64,000 bases of DNA from Coprothermobacterota bacterium (GTDB lineage Bacteria > Coprothermobacterota > Coprothermobacteria > Coprothermobacterales > Coprothermobacteraceae), in contig JAZIGN010000001.1 of the NCBI GenBank assembly GCA_036679065.1, forward strand, positions 160,001 through 224,000, read 5' to 3'. Under the pieces are notes generated by a model. That model was not told the DNA's origin and ran no database searches. It worked only from the letters and a program-made list of their open reading frames with translations. Position 1 is the stretch's first letter; each line of letters opens with the position of its first letter. The position numbers and the translations under genes are program-made. Below, piece after piece: positions 19,993 through 29,470 of this stretch.

Positions 19993-20292
19993 ATGGTTGA
20001 CAAGGAGAAATTGGATCGCTATGTTCGTCTGTTGGATCTTTACGGAAAGCTGCTGGGTAGGACTGAGTACGAGATTGCTCAAGCTTACCTTTACTACGGA
20101 CTTTCGGTGATTGAAATTGCCTCGCAGCGAGGAACGTCACGACAAGCTGTGGCTAAACAATTGGACAGTGCAGTAAGAAAACTGGAGCAATTTGAAGAGA
20201 ATGTGGGTTTCCTGAGATTCGTAGATCGTTTAGTTGACGAGCTGCCTGAGTCGGAAGGGCAGAAGGTTATGAAGATTTTGGAGGAGAATTGA
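19993..20292 (+). CDS. ylxM: YlxM (UPF0122) HTH protein
   Basis: LLDLYGKLL, SVIEIA...SRQAV HTH; directly upstream of ffh. Confidence 0.9.
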   Translation: MVDKEKLDRYVRLLDLYGKLLGRTEYEIAQAYLYYGLSVIEIASQRGTSRQAVAKQLDSAVRKLEQFEENVGFLRFVDRLVDELPESEGQKVMKILEEN

Positions 20293-20293
20293 C

Positions 20294-21598
20294 ATGTTTG
20301 AGGGTTTGGCAAAGCGAATACAGAATGTGTTCGCCCCATTTGGTTCTAAGGGCTTACTAAAGCAGGAGGATATTGACCAGTTCTTGAAGGACTTGCGCTG
20401 GCTTCTCATTGAAGCTGATGTTAGCCTTCCCGTGGTCAACGAACTTGTGGAGCGTTTACGTGAAAAGCTAAAACCCCAGACAGGTATCGTTTCGCCTCAG
20501 GACTATCTTCTAAAGACTGTTTATGAGGAACTCACAGCCCTTTTAGGTTCCTACAGACCTTTAAAAGTAAACCCCAGAGGCATATCGCTCTACGTACTTG
20601 CAGGTTTACAAGGATCTGGTAAAACAACCACTGCCGCTAAGCTGGGCTATTTCTTGAAACGCAGTGGCAAGTCAGTAGTTTTGGGGGCTGCTGACTCGTT
20701 CCGTCCTGCTGGTGCTGAACAGTTAAAAGTGCTTGCGAACGAAAACGGCCTTTACTTTGAATCTTTCGTTGAGAAGGGCAAAGTAGATATTGGTAAAATC
20801 CAGAACTTCATGAAAAGAAGCCTTCACGATGTATTGATCTTGGACACTGCAGGTCGTCTTCATGTGGAGACTGACATGCTTCAAGAATTGAGCATGATAA
20901 ATAAACAGCTCAATCCCCAAGAAGTGCTTCTCGTTGTTGACGCCATGCTTGGTCAAGAAGCAGCGAACATTGCGAAGTCTTTCAAAGAGGCTGCTCCTAT
21001 TAGCGGTGTGATCCTGGCTAAGGCCGATGGCGATGAGTTAGGTGGTGCTGCTCTGTCTGTGGCATACGTTTCTGGAGTTCCCATATTGTTCATGGGAACA
21101 GGGGAGCACATAAAGGATTTCGAGCCATTCGATCCTAGTGAAACCGCTGCCATGATTCTCGGCATTGGTAATCCTAAGGCCTTTTTAAGGAAGATCATGG
21201 ATCTGCAGCGTGAAATGGAAGAATCAAAGCCCGCTACAAAAGGCAAGGATGAGAAGTTCGATATGAATACGCTCTTAGAGGCTTTTGAGTCCATAAGCAA
21301 GGAATCACTCATGGATTACATGGCAAGAGCTTTGCCCGTGAATGCCAATCTTGATCCAGAAGCGCTAGAACAAGGAAAAAACCGTATAAAACGTATGAAA
21401 GCCATAATTCAATCCATGACACCTTATGAAAGAAAACATCCAGAAGTACTCAATGCATCTAGGAAAAGAAGGATAGCTGCTGGAAGTGGCACCACGGTGC
21501 AAGAGGTAAACATACTGCTAAAGCAATATGGAAGCATGAGGAAATTCGCTAAAAACCCTGCTCAGCTGAAGAAAATGCTGAGGGGCGGTCTAATATAA
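20294..21598 (+). CDS. ffh: Signal recognition particle protein
   Basis: GLQGSGKTT, DTAGR, AIIQSMT.YER, SRKRRIAAGSG M domain. Confidence 0.96.
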   Translation: MFEGLAKRIQNVFAPFGSKGLLKQEDIDQFLKDLRWLLIEADVSLPVVNELVERLREKLKPQTGIVSPQDYLLKTVYEELTALLGSYRPLKVNPRGISLYVLAGLQGSGKTTTAAKLGYFLKRSGKSVVLGAADSFRPAGAEQLKVLANENGLYFESFVEKGKVDIGKIQNFMKRSLHDVLILDTAGRLHVETDMLQELSMINKQLNPQEVLLVVDAMLGQEAANIAKSFKEAAPISGVILAKADGDELGGAALSVAYVSGVPILFMGTGEHIKDFEPFDPSETAAMILGIGNPKAFLRKIMDLQREMEESKPATKGKDEKFDMNTLLEAFESISKESLMDYMARALPVNANLDPEALEQGKNRIKRMKAIIQSMTPYERKHPEVLNASRKRRIAAGSGTTVQEVNILLKQYGSMRKFAKNPAQLKKMLRGGLI

Positions 21599-21613
21599 GA
21601 GGAGGTGCAACAA

Positions 21614-21859
21614 GTGGCAGTAAAGATGAGATTACTCAGAGTTGGAGCGAAAGGTCAACCTTCCTACCGAGTGGTGGTAGCAGATGAGCGTTCTCCACGT
21701 GACGGACGTTTTATCGAGATCGTGGGATTCTACAATCCCAGAACAGAACCGGAAACCATCCAGCTTAAGGAAGATCGTGTAAAGTATTGGCTCAGTGTTG
21801 GCGTCAAACCCACCGATTCGGTAAAGGTTTTGCTACGCAAGTCTAACATCATTTCTTAG
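21614..21859 (+). CDS. rpsP: 30S ribosomal protein S16
   Basis: [21 protein letters not shown] start after GAGGAGG. Confidence 0.97.
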   Translation: MAVKMRLLRVGAKGQPSYRVVVADERSPRDGRFIEIVGFYNPRTEPETIQLKEDRVKYWLSVGVKPTDSVKVLLRKSNIIS

Positions 21860-21867
21860 TTAGGAGA

Positions 21868-22281
21868 GTGATTCTTGTGCAAGTCAAAAGAAACGTTGTT
21901 ATCAAAGGTATTGTTACACCGTGGCTCAAGGATGATTTGAAGGCAAAGGCCAATGCGTTGATCAAGCAAACTGAGATCGAAATGCAGACTTTGGAACGTC
22001 AGCTGAGGCAGTTATCGGTAATGGTTCCTGGTGAAAACGATGCTCAGAAGAACCTCATACGTCAGCAGCTTCAAATCGAGCTTAACGACAGGGAAACTTT
22101 GGTTAGGCAGCTCAGATCTGATCTGGCCAACATTGACAAGCTACAAGACGGAGAAGAGGTTGTGTATGCAGTTTTGGAAGGCTATGTCGATCTTCAGCCT
22201 GGAGACAGATTTGAAGAGAAAGTAAATAACGCTGAAATAGTTATCAAAGACGGAGAAGTTGTTGAACTGAGAAATGCCTAA
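21868..22281 (+). CDS. ylqD: YlqD family protein
   Basis: KRNVVIKGIVT, coiled coil, AEIVIKDGEVVE; lies between rpsP and rimM. Confidence 0.85.
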   Translation: MILVQVKRNVVIKGIVTPWLKDDLKAKANALIKQTEIEMQTLERQLRQLSVMVPGENDAQKNLIRQQLQIELNDRETLVRQLRSDLANIDKLQDGEEVVYAVLEGYVDLQPGDRFEEKVNNAEIVIKDGEVVELRNA

Positions 22282-22756
22282 GGACAGAATCTGTTTGGGC
22301 CGGTTTGGCAAAGTTTTTGGCCTCAAAGGTGAAATTTACTTCAACCTTTATGGTTCCGAGGACATACTTCGTACTACTAATGAGTTTTACTTAGAAGACG
22401 GGACCTTGTTAAGGCTAGAAAAGCTCCGCTTGGGGCCTGATGGAAGGTTCGTGATAAAACTGCGCAACTACGAGACTCCTGAAGCGGTGGAACCTTTTGT
22501 TAACCAAAAGGTTTACGTAAAAGGTCGACCTGGGCAAGGTGACACTTATACCACAAGCGAGCTTCTTGAAATGGAAGTAGTCGTTAATGGGCAAATTGTA
22601 GGTCGTGTTTTGGACCTCCAAGGGACTGACGAAGCTCCTTTCCTACTATTGGAAATAAACAGTGAGCCGAGACGTGTTCCTTTTACCAAGGAAGCTTTGA
22701 GTATCGATCGAGAAAAGAAAATAGTAATTGTTACCAGTGAGGAGTTTTTAGTGTGA
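22274..22756 (+). CDS. rimM: Ribosome maturation factor RimM
   Basis: GKVFGLKGE N-terminus, PRC-barrel-like C-terminus; synteny. Confidence 0.9.
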   Translation: MPKDRICLGRFGKVFGLKGEIYFNLYGSEDILRTTNEFYLEDGTLLRLEKLRLGPDGRFVIKLRNYETPEAVEPFVNQKVYVKGRPGQGDTYTTSELLEMEVVVNGQIVGRVLDLQGTDEAPFLLLEINSEPRRVPFTKEALSIDREKKIVIVTSEEFLV

Positions 22757-23514
22757 AAAAGTTCGCAGTGGTCACACTGTTTCCTGAGGTTATTGATTGT
22801 TGGCTCCAGTCAAGTGTGATAGGAAGGGCTCGTGGTCGCGTTTTTGATGTGCTCTATGTAAACCCCAGAGACTTTGCTAAGGATAAATACCGATCAGTGG
22901 ATGATTACATGTTCGGTGGTGGGTCCGGTATGCTCATGAAGTATGACGTTATTAAGCCAGCTTTGGATCATGCAAAAACCTTGCTGCAAAATCCACTAGT
23001 GGTGGCATTAAGCGCGGGCGGAAAGGTTCTAAACCAAGAAATCTGCATGTCGCTGAGCTCTTATGAAGGCGACATGGTGTTTCTTTGCGGGCATTACGAA
23101 GGTATGGACGATCGTATTTTAGACCATGTGGATTTAGAGCTTTCTGTGGGTGACTACGTTTTGAGTGGAGGAGAATTAGGAGCTGCCGTAGTCATGGAAG
23201 CAGTAGTTAGACTTCTCCCAGGATTCGTGGAAAAGAGTGACAATGTAAAGAAGGAGAGCTTTACTAATGGTCTCTTGGAAGAACCGCAGTTCACACGGCC
23301 TAGGGAGTATGAAGGTAAAGAAGTGCCAGAAGTACTACTTAGTGGGCACCATGAGCGCATCGAACTTTGGAAAAGAGAGCAACGCATAAAGAGGACCCTT
23401 TTTCAAAGACCAGACTTGATCATGTCTGCTAAACTGGAACCCACGGATCTTGAGATTCTTAGGCGTGTTCTAGCGGATATGGAAAAAGTGAAGAAGGCGG
23501 TATTCGGTGAGTAA
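22753..23514 (+). CDS. trmD: tRNA (guanine-N1)-methyltransferase
   Basis: TLFPE, CGHYEGMDDR, SVGDYVLSGGE, VPEVLLSGHH. Confidence 0.97.
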   Translation: MKKFAVVTLFPEVIDCWLQSSVIGRARGRVFDVLYVNPRDFAKDKYRSVDDYMFGGGSGMLMKYDVIKPALDHAKTLLQNPLVVALSAGGKVLNQEICMSLSSYEGDMVFLCGHYEGMDDRILDHVDLELSVGDYVLSGGELGAAVVMEAVVRLLPGFVEKSDNVKKESFTNGLLEEPQFTRPREYEGKEVPEVLLSGHHERIELWKREQRIKRTLFQRPDLIMSAKLEPTDLEILRRVLADMEKVKKAVFGE

Positions 23515-24085
23515 TACAGGGAGTACCAACAGTTTGTCCATTGCTTTGCTACACTATCCCATGTATGATAGGGAGTACAAGATTGTTACAACCTCAGTAA
23601 CCAATTTGGACATTCATGATATTGCCAGGCTAAGCAGGACATACAACCTGTCAGACTTTTGGGTGGTTACCCCTGTCAAAGCACAGCAGGAAATGGTGAA
23701 ACGTATTATTCAGTATTGGGCGTCTGAAGAGGGTAGAATTTACAATCCTCACCGACATGAGGCTTTGTCCTTGGTTCGTGTCATGGACGACATTGAATCA
23801 GTGGTTAAATGCCTTGAGGAGCGCGAGGGGAAAATTCCTAAGCTTGTGGCTACCGATGCTAGACCCTATCCGAATATGGTAAACTATGATTTTGTTAGGG
23901 ATTTAGTAAGTGCGAAAGAGCCTGTGGTCCTGGTTTTGGGAACAGGTCATGGAATCGCATACGAGATGATCAGAAAAATGGATTATTTTCTTACGCCCAT
24001 ACGACCGAACCGAGATTTCAACCACCTATCTGTCAGATCGGCAGCGTCAATTCTGGTGGATAGGATCATTGGAGACAGCCTTTAA
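23507..24085 (+). CDS. SPOUT RNA methyltransferase, TM1570-like
   Basis: ALLHYP, TSVTNLDIHDIAR, GTGHG, NHLSVRSAASILVDR. Confidence 0.85.
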   Translation: MSNTGSTNSLSIALLHYPMYDREYKIVTTSVTNLDIHDIARLSRTYNLSDFWVVTPVKAQQEMVKRIIQYWASEEGRIYNPHRHEALSLVRVMDDIESVVKCLEEREGKIPKLVATDARPYPNMVNYDFVRDLVSAKEPVVLVLGTGHGIAYEMIRKMDYFLTPIRPNRDFNHLSVRSAASILVDRIIGDSL

Positions 24086-24101
24086 TTAAGGAGGGTTAGA
24101 A

Positions 24102-24458
24102 ATGGATATCATTAGAAGAATTGAACAAACCATGATGAGGGAAGATTTGCCCCCAGTCGAAGTTGGAGACACGGTAAGGGTAAAGTGGAGATTCACAGAA
24201 AAGGACAGAAGCGGAGAGGAAAAGAGCCGTGTACAAGCATATGAAGGCATCGTAATCGCGAAGAAAGGTACAGGGATAAGTGAGTCCATAGTGGTAAGGA
24301 AGATCTCTTCAGGCATAGGTGTGGAAAAAGCCTTTCCTCTTCACAGTCCCAACTTGGTGGACTTGGAAGTGGTTACTCGGGGAAAAGTCAGGCGTGCGAA
24401 GCTTTACTACTTGCGTGAGAAGAAGCACTTGGTTGTGAAAAAGAAGAGCAGATTTTAA
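24102..24458 (+). CDS. rplS: 50S ribosomal protein L19
   Basis: GDTVRV, RVQAYEG, GKVRRAKLYYLR. Confidence 0.98.
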   Translation: MDIIRRIEQTMMREDLPPVEVGDTVRVKWRFTEKDRSGEEKSRVQAYEGIVIAKKGTGISESIVVRKISSGIGVEKAFPLHSPNLVDLEVVTRGKVRRAKLYYLREKKHLVVKKKSRF

Positions 24459-24460
24459 AC

Positions 24461-24988
24461 ATGTCCAAGAAGGTCGTTAGCGAGCTTTTCCAGTGGCTCG
24501 TGGCTCTGGTATTGGCTGCAGCCATAGTTATTCCCATAAGGGTGTACGTGCTGCAGCCGTACCGGGTTTACATGACATCCATGGTCCCAGCTTTGGAACC
24601 AGGAGATGTTGTGATAGGCTTGAAAAGTGCCATTGTCGGGGACGACATAAAACGCGGGGATATAGTCATAGTGGGTGGTGCTTTTAGTAACGGCGAACTT
24701 TATGTAAAACGTGTCATAGGGCTGCCTGGCGAAACCATTTCAATTAACGACGGCGAGGTTTACATAAACGGTCAAAAACTTAAGGAGCCCTGGTTGCCTT
24801 CTGATGGTGGGTTTAGCTCTTCTGGTGAACTGTCTGAGGTCAAACTTGAAGAGAATCAGTATTTTGTTTTAGGTGATAACAGATTCGCTAGTCGTGATAG
24901 TAGGTCGTTTGGTCCCGTGACAAAGCAGGACATAAAAGCCAAAGTTGTTTTACGTATTTTCCCGTTAGACAGGATTAGGAGCTTCTAA
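24461..24988 (+). CDS. lepB: Signal peptidase I
   Basis: TM, SMVP (catalytic Ser), YVKRVIGLPG (catalytic Lys), GDNR..SRDSR. Confidence 0.95.
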   Translation: MSKKVVSELFQWLVALVLAAAIVIPIRVYVLQPYRVYMTSMVPALEPGDVVIGLKSAIVGDDIKRGDIVIVGGAFSNGELYVKRVIGLPGETISINDGEVYINGQKLKEPWLPSDGGFSSSGELSEVKLEENQYFVLGDNRFASRDSRSFGPVTKQDIKAKVVLRIFPLDRIRSF

Positions 24989-25596
24989 TGAGACCGTATC
25001 CCAGTTGGGAACTGGAAGAGACACTTTTCGGAAGGTCAGTGGTGGGCGTAGATGAAGTGGGAAGAGGTGCAGTGGCTGGCCCGTTGGTAGTTTGTGCCTT
25101 GCGTTTCAACAACTTCCCAGAGGTTACCTGGCGTGATTCTAAACAGATGAGTCCACTACAGCGTAGGTCAGTGTTTTCAAATATCGTTGAGAACAGCCAT
25201 TTTGGCATTGGACTTGCCGCTCCTTGGGACATTGATAGGTTGGGAATAAACTTCTGTCTGGGTAAAGCTGCTGAAGAAGCGCTAGATCAGGTACCACTTG
25301 AGGATGCCATGGTTGTGTTTGATGGAAAGAAACCCTTGACAACGAAGGTTCCTGCTTATCAGTGCATGGTAAAAGGAGACACTTTGTTACCTTCTGTGGC
25401 TGCTACCAGCGTAGTTGCCAAGGTAATCCGTGATGAAATAATGGTCTGCTTGGATTCGGTATTACCTGGCTATGGTTTTTCTGCACATAAGGGGTACGGA
25501 ACCCCAAGACACTTAGAGGCCATTGAATGTTTGGGTGTTACAGCCCAGCACAGACGTTCTTTCTTGAGGAAAGTGCTTGAGCAGGCACTTTTCTGA
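24988..25596 (+). CDS. rnhB: Ribonuclease HII
   Basis: GVDEVGRG, DSK, KGD, AKVIRD, HKGYGT, HRRSF. Confidence 0.95.
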   Translation: MRPYPSWELEETLFGRSVVGVDEVGRGAVAGPLVVCALRFNNFPEVTWRDSKQMSPLQRRSVFSNIVENSHFGIGLAAPWDIDRLGINFCLGKAAEEALDQVPLEDAMVVFDGKKPLTTKVPAYQCMVKGDTLLPSVAATSVVAKVIRDEIMVCLDSVLPGYGFSAHKGYGTPRHLEAIECLGVTAQHRRSFLRKVLEQALF

Positions 25597-25924
25597 AGAC
25601 CAGGTAGCGTCTTTTTTAGCTTCTCAGAAGTACCGCATTTTGGATCAAAACGTAGTATTTCCCACTGGTGAAATTGACATTGTAGCGTCAAAGGGGAGAA
25701 TGTTGGTTTTTGTGGAGGTTCGATACCGAAAGAACTTTGACGCTGCAGAAACAGTGGATTTGAAGAAGCTAGAAAGAATAATGCAATGTGCGTATTTATA
25801 TACTGGTGGCGAGGGAAGTTACCGTGTGGACGTTTTTGCTTGCGGTCCCAAAGGCTGCCATTGGTACAAAGGGGTGAGACTTGATGGATGTTGTGAAAGT
25901 ATGGAGTGGCTTAACCTTTGGTGA
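25577..25924 (+). CDS. yraN: YraN (UPF0102) nuclease-like protein
   Basis: GEIDIVA, VFVEVRYR, RVDV; lies between rnhB and comM. Confidence 0.88.
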   Translation: MSRHFSEDQVASFLASQKYRILDQNVVFPTGEIDIVASKGRMLVFVEVRYRKNFDAAETVDLKKLERIMQCAYLYTGGEGSYRVDVFACGPKGCHWYKGVRLDGCCESMEWLNLW

Positions 25925-27323
25925 CCGTTTTGTTCCTGTTGAAATCCAGATAACTTACGGTGCTGGACTTCCTGCCTTTCACATGGTGGGTATGGTTTCT
26001 GAAAGCGTTGAAGAATCGAAAGAGCGTGTCCGCTATGCATTAAAGTCTGTAGGAAAATCCATACCTCAGGGCAGGGTAATGGTGGCTTTTTTACCCAGCG
26101 AAGTGACGAAGAGCGGTGCACATTTTGATTTGGCTCTTCTACATGGTTTTTTGAAAGGTAACTCAGAGCGGCTAATTGTTGGGGAGGTGGCACTGGATGG
26201 CACTGTTAGAGCCACAGTCCAAAGCCTTCGCGTTATCGCTGCTGCTTACAACAGTGGCACAAAGCAGTTCATATGTCCTCGCTTGCCTAGAAGTGTACTC
26301 AAGCTGATGCCCGAAGGAGATTTTTTCATGGTAGAACATGTTTCCCAGCTTCTAAATGGTGAAACGTCAACTGCTGTGGAAGATGAGGGTGATACCGAAT
26401 GCCAAGGCAAGGTTGGATTAAATGATGTCAGGGGGTCTGGCATAAAACGAGTTGCCATGATAGCTGCAGCAGGCTGGCATCATGTTCTGCTTATGGGAAA
26501 TCCCGGTGTCGGGAAAAGCATGGTTGCTGAACGCATGGTTGGAATTATGCCTCCCATGAGCAATTCAGAAAAACTTGATTTGCTGGCAAGCACGGGCAGT
26601 TTGCCGGACCACCGACCTGCCCGTTTTACTAGTTGGAATAGTACTCCCGCTGGTTTTTTTGGATCAGCGAAAGGAGCGCCTGGTGAAGTTACGTTTGCTC
26701 ACCGGGGAGTGCTCATCATGGACGAATTCCCGCAGTACAGAAAAGACATTTTGGAGGGTCTAAGAACGGTCTTGGATTGTCGAGCAGTTTTGGCTTCCTA
26801 CGGAAGCCAACGCCTTACTTGGCCAGCCGATTTTTTGTTAGTTACCACATCGAATCCGTGTCCTTGTGGTTATTTGGGACATCCCAAGAAAGTTTGCAAA
26901 GATTCACCAACAAGTGTCATGAGGTATCTGGGGCGTCTAAGTGGGCCCGTGGCTGACCGTATTGACATGCACTACTGGGTTAAAGCTGATGAGCCAAATG
27001 AGGATGTAAACGCCGTTGAAGAAAGAATATGCAACGTGTGGGAGTTGCAGAAAAGCCGTTGGGAGTCAGAAGGTTTTGTTCATGCTGGGCATATCCCGGG
27101 TGAACGGGTGGATGAACTTGTTGAAGTAAGTGGCTCTGTTAGGAAACTACTGGACGATTCAGTAGAAAAAGCAGGACTTTCACGCAGAGAAAGACACAAA
27201 ATCCTGCGTCTGAGCCGGACCATAGCAGATCTGGAAAAGGAGCATGATATCGGTATTAACCACCTAATTGAGGCTATTTCCTATCGCCAGGTGATTCCGT
27301 GGCTGAGGAGCTTAGTTCCGTGA
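25884..27323 (+). CDS. comM: YifB/ComM Mg-chelatase-like AAA+ ATPase
   Basis: ESKERV, GNPGVGKS, AHRGVLIMDE, NPCPCG, LSGPVADRID. Confidence 0.92.
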   Translation: MDVVKVWSGLTFGDRFVPVEIQITYGAGLPAFHMVGMVSESVEESKERVRYALKSVGKSIPQGRVMVAFLPSEVTKSGAHFDLALLHGFLKGNSERLIVGEVALDGTVRATVQSLRVIAAAYNSGTKQFICPRLPRSVLKLMPEGDFFMVEHVSQLLNGETSTAVEDEGDTECQGKVGLNDVRGSGIKRVAMIAAAGWHHVLLMGNPGVGKSMVAERMVGIMPPMSNSEKLDLLASTGSLPDHRPARFTSWNSTPAGFFGSAKGAPGEVTFAHRGVLIMDEFPQYRKDILEGLRTVLDCRAVLASYGSQRLTWPADFLLVTTSNPCPCGYLGHPKKVCKDSPTSVMRYLGRLSGPVADRIDMHYWVKADEPNEDVNAVEERICNVWELQKSRWESEGFVHAGHIPGERVDELVEVSGSVRKLLDDSVEKAGLSRRERHKILRLSRTIADLEKEHDIGINHLIEAISYRQVIPWLRSLVP

Positions 27324-28090
27324 CCAGCGATTTTTACATGTTGAGGTCAGACGATGACATCTTCTGTGGAAGGCTTGAAGAGCAAGCACTAAACCGCCCT
27401 TTGTACGTGAAGGGTAGTTTAATAAAGCCTCTGGAAAAGACTGTGGGCATTGTGGGGACTAGGCATGCCTCCAGCTATGGTTTGAAAGTGGCTTATGAGC
27501 TTGGTAAGTACTACGCAAGCGAAGGTTATGTGGTTATTAGTGGACTTGCCTACGGGATCGACCAGAAATCTCACGAAGGTGCTTTGGAAAAAGGGACCAC
27601 GGTTGGCGTGTTAGGGCATGGACTTGATTTTCACTATCCCAAATCCACTCTTCCATTAAGGAAGAGCATAGAAGAGAAAGGTTTTGTGATCACTTGGTAC
27701 AAACGTGAGCAAGGACCTCGCAAAGCATTTTTTAGAGAAAGGAATTGGCTCATAGCGGCTCTGAGCGATTTCGTCGTAGTTGTTGAAGCTCCCATAAAAA
27801 GTGGGGCTTTGATCACTGCGAATTTTGCCTTGCAGATGGGCAAAGAAGTTAAGGCAGTACCGGGCGACATAGACCGCGATAGTTCCGCCGGTAGCAACAT
27901 GCTCATTTTTGACGGAGCAGAGCCAGTCTTAGCCATTCCAAAAGACGCTGATGATCAATACAAGTCTTGTAAAACGGTTCAAGATCTAGTCGCAGCCGTG
28001 GGAAGTTTGGTGGAAGCAGGGCAACTCATAACAAAATGGCAATCCACCGGCAAGGTGATTCTTGAAGGGGAAATCATACACTGGGTTTGA
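27320..28090 (+). CDS. dprA: DNA-processing protein DprA (short)
   Basis: IVGTR, SGLAYGID, FRERN, VVEAPIKSGALITA; GTG 27320 after GAGGAG. Confidence 0.92.
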   Translation: MTSDFYMLRSDDDIFCGRLEEQALNRPLYVKGSLIKPLEKTVGIVGTRHASSYGLKVAYELGKYYASEGYVVISGLAYGIDQKSHEGALEKGTTVGVLGHGLDFHYPKSTLPLRKSIEEKGFVITWYKREQGPRKAFFRERNWLIAALSDFVVVVEAPIKSGALITANFALQMGKEVKAVPGDIDRDSSAGSNMLIFDGAEPVLAIPKDADDQYKSCKTVQDLVAAVGSLVEAGQLITKWQSTGKVILEGEIIHWV

Positions 28091-28171
28091 TTACCCTAAT
28101 TCAAGCTCTCGTTTTAAGGAAAAAGGCGTGTTCTTAGCGTTATTCTACGTAGTGTCTTGTAGAATATGATT

Positions 28172-29470
28172 ATGGATGTTTGGGTTATCGGTGGTGGGCT
28201 GGCAGGCTGCGAGGCGGCCTTAACATTAGCCGATCTGGGCTTTCCAGTTATCCTTTTTGAGATGCGTCCCACTATTATGACCCCTGCCCACAAAACGCCT
28301 AAACTGGCTGAGTTGGTGTGTAGCAATTCCTTGGGTTCGCTTTCTCCTGAAAACGCAAAAGGTGAGCTACTATTTGAGCTAACAATACTCAGATCATCCC
28401 TGGTGAATTTGGCGTTTAAAGCAAAGGTTGGCGGTGACAAAGCTCTTGTCGTAGATCGAGAACTGTTCTCTACGTTGGTGGAAGATGCGGTTCACACTCA
28501 TGCGAATATCACCGTGGTACGTGAGAAAGTTGTTGAAATTCCCAAGAATGTGCCCTGCATTATAGCACCTGGGCCTTTGATAACCGAAGATCTCCTGCAT
28601 TTTTTGGAGGAGTGCGAGGGAAGATACGAGGCTCAGTATTACGACGCTACTAGTCCCAGTATTCTCACAGAAACCATAGATTTGAATTATGCTTTTTGGG
28701 GAAATCGTTTTGGAGAAGGTAATGACTACTTGAACGTTCCTTTATCCAAGGATGAGTATTACTGGTTCGTCGAGCAGCTGTCGAATGCAAGGGAAGCTCA
28801 GAGGCATGATTTTGACAAGGTTGACACGTTTTTCGAGCGGTGTTTACCTGTTGAAGAGATAGCGCGCAGAGGGAAAGAAAGCTTGGCTTTTGGCCCCATG
28901 CGTCCAACAGGGCTTGACATTCCAGAAAGGTTTCATGATGTGTATGCTGTTATCCAACTAAGAAAAGAAAACGCTTTTGGGACCATTGTGAACATGGTGG
29001 GATTCCAAACAGGAATTTCTCACACGGAGCAAATCAGGATTTTTAAACAGTTGCCTGCCTTTAGGAATGCAGTTTTTGTTAGGTTAGGGCAAATACATCA
29101 AAACAGGTTTCTACCTGGTGCTGTAAACAGATTCTTTCAGAGTAAGACGAATGATCTTTGGTTTTATGCAGGTCAGTTTACCGGAACTGAAGGATACTTG
29201 GAAGCCATCGCAGGGGGACTTTGGGCTGGCATTAACTTAGCTCGCTTGCTTAGAAATCAGGAGCTAATTGCCCTTCCCGAGGAAACCATGCTTGGTGGGT
29301 TGGTGACCTACATTGAACAAGTTCTGCTGGAAGTCAGACAGCCCATGGGAGTGAACTGGGGATTAGTTCCACTTGTTGAAGGGAAGAAAAGCGAAAGAAA
29401 AAGGAAACGCGTTGAGCGTGCAAAGGCGGCTATTGAGTATGCAGCTAGAGAATTGGGCAGAGCTGCTTGA
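28172..29470 (+). CDS. trmFO: Folate-dependent tRNA (uracil-5)-methyltransferase TrmFO
   Basis: VIGGGLAGCEAA, AELVCSNS, FGPMRPTGL, NMVGFQT, AGQFTGTEGY. Confidence 0.95.
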   Translation: MDVWVIGGGLAGCEAALTLADLGFPVILFEMRPTIMTPAHKTPKLAELVCSNSLGSLSPENAKGELLFELTILRSSLVNLAFKAKVGGDKALVVDRELFSTLVEDAVHTHANITVVREKVVEIPKNVPCIIAPGPLITEDLLHFLEECEGRYEAQYYDATSPSILTETIDLNYAFWGNRFGEGNDYLNVPLSKDEYYWFVEQLSNAREAQRHDFDKVDTFFERCLPVEEIARRGKESLAFGPMRPTGLDIPERFHDVYAVIQLRKENAFGTIVNMVGFQTGISHTEQIRIFKQLPAFRNAVFVRLGQIHQNRFLPGAVNRFFQSKTNDLWFYAGQFTGTEGYLEAIAGGLWAGINLARLLRNQELIALPEETMLGGLVTYIEQVLLEVRQPMGVNWGLVPLVEGKKSERKRKRVERAKAAIEYAARELGRAA

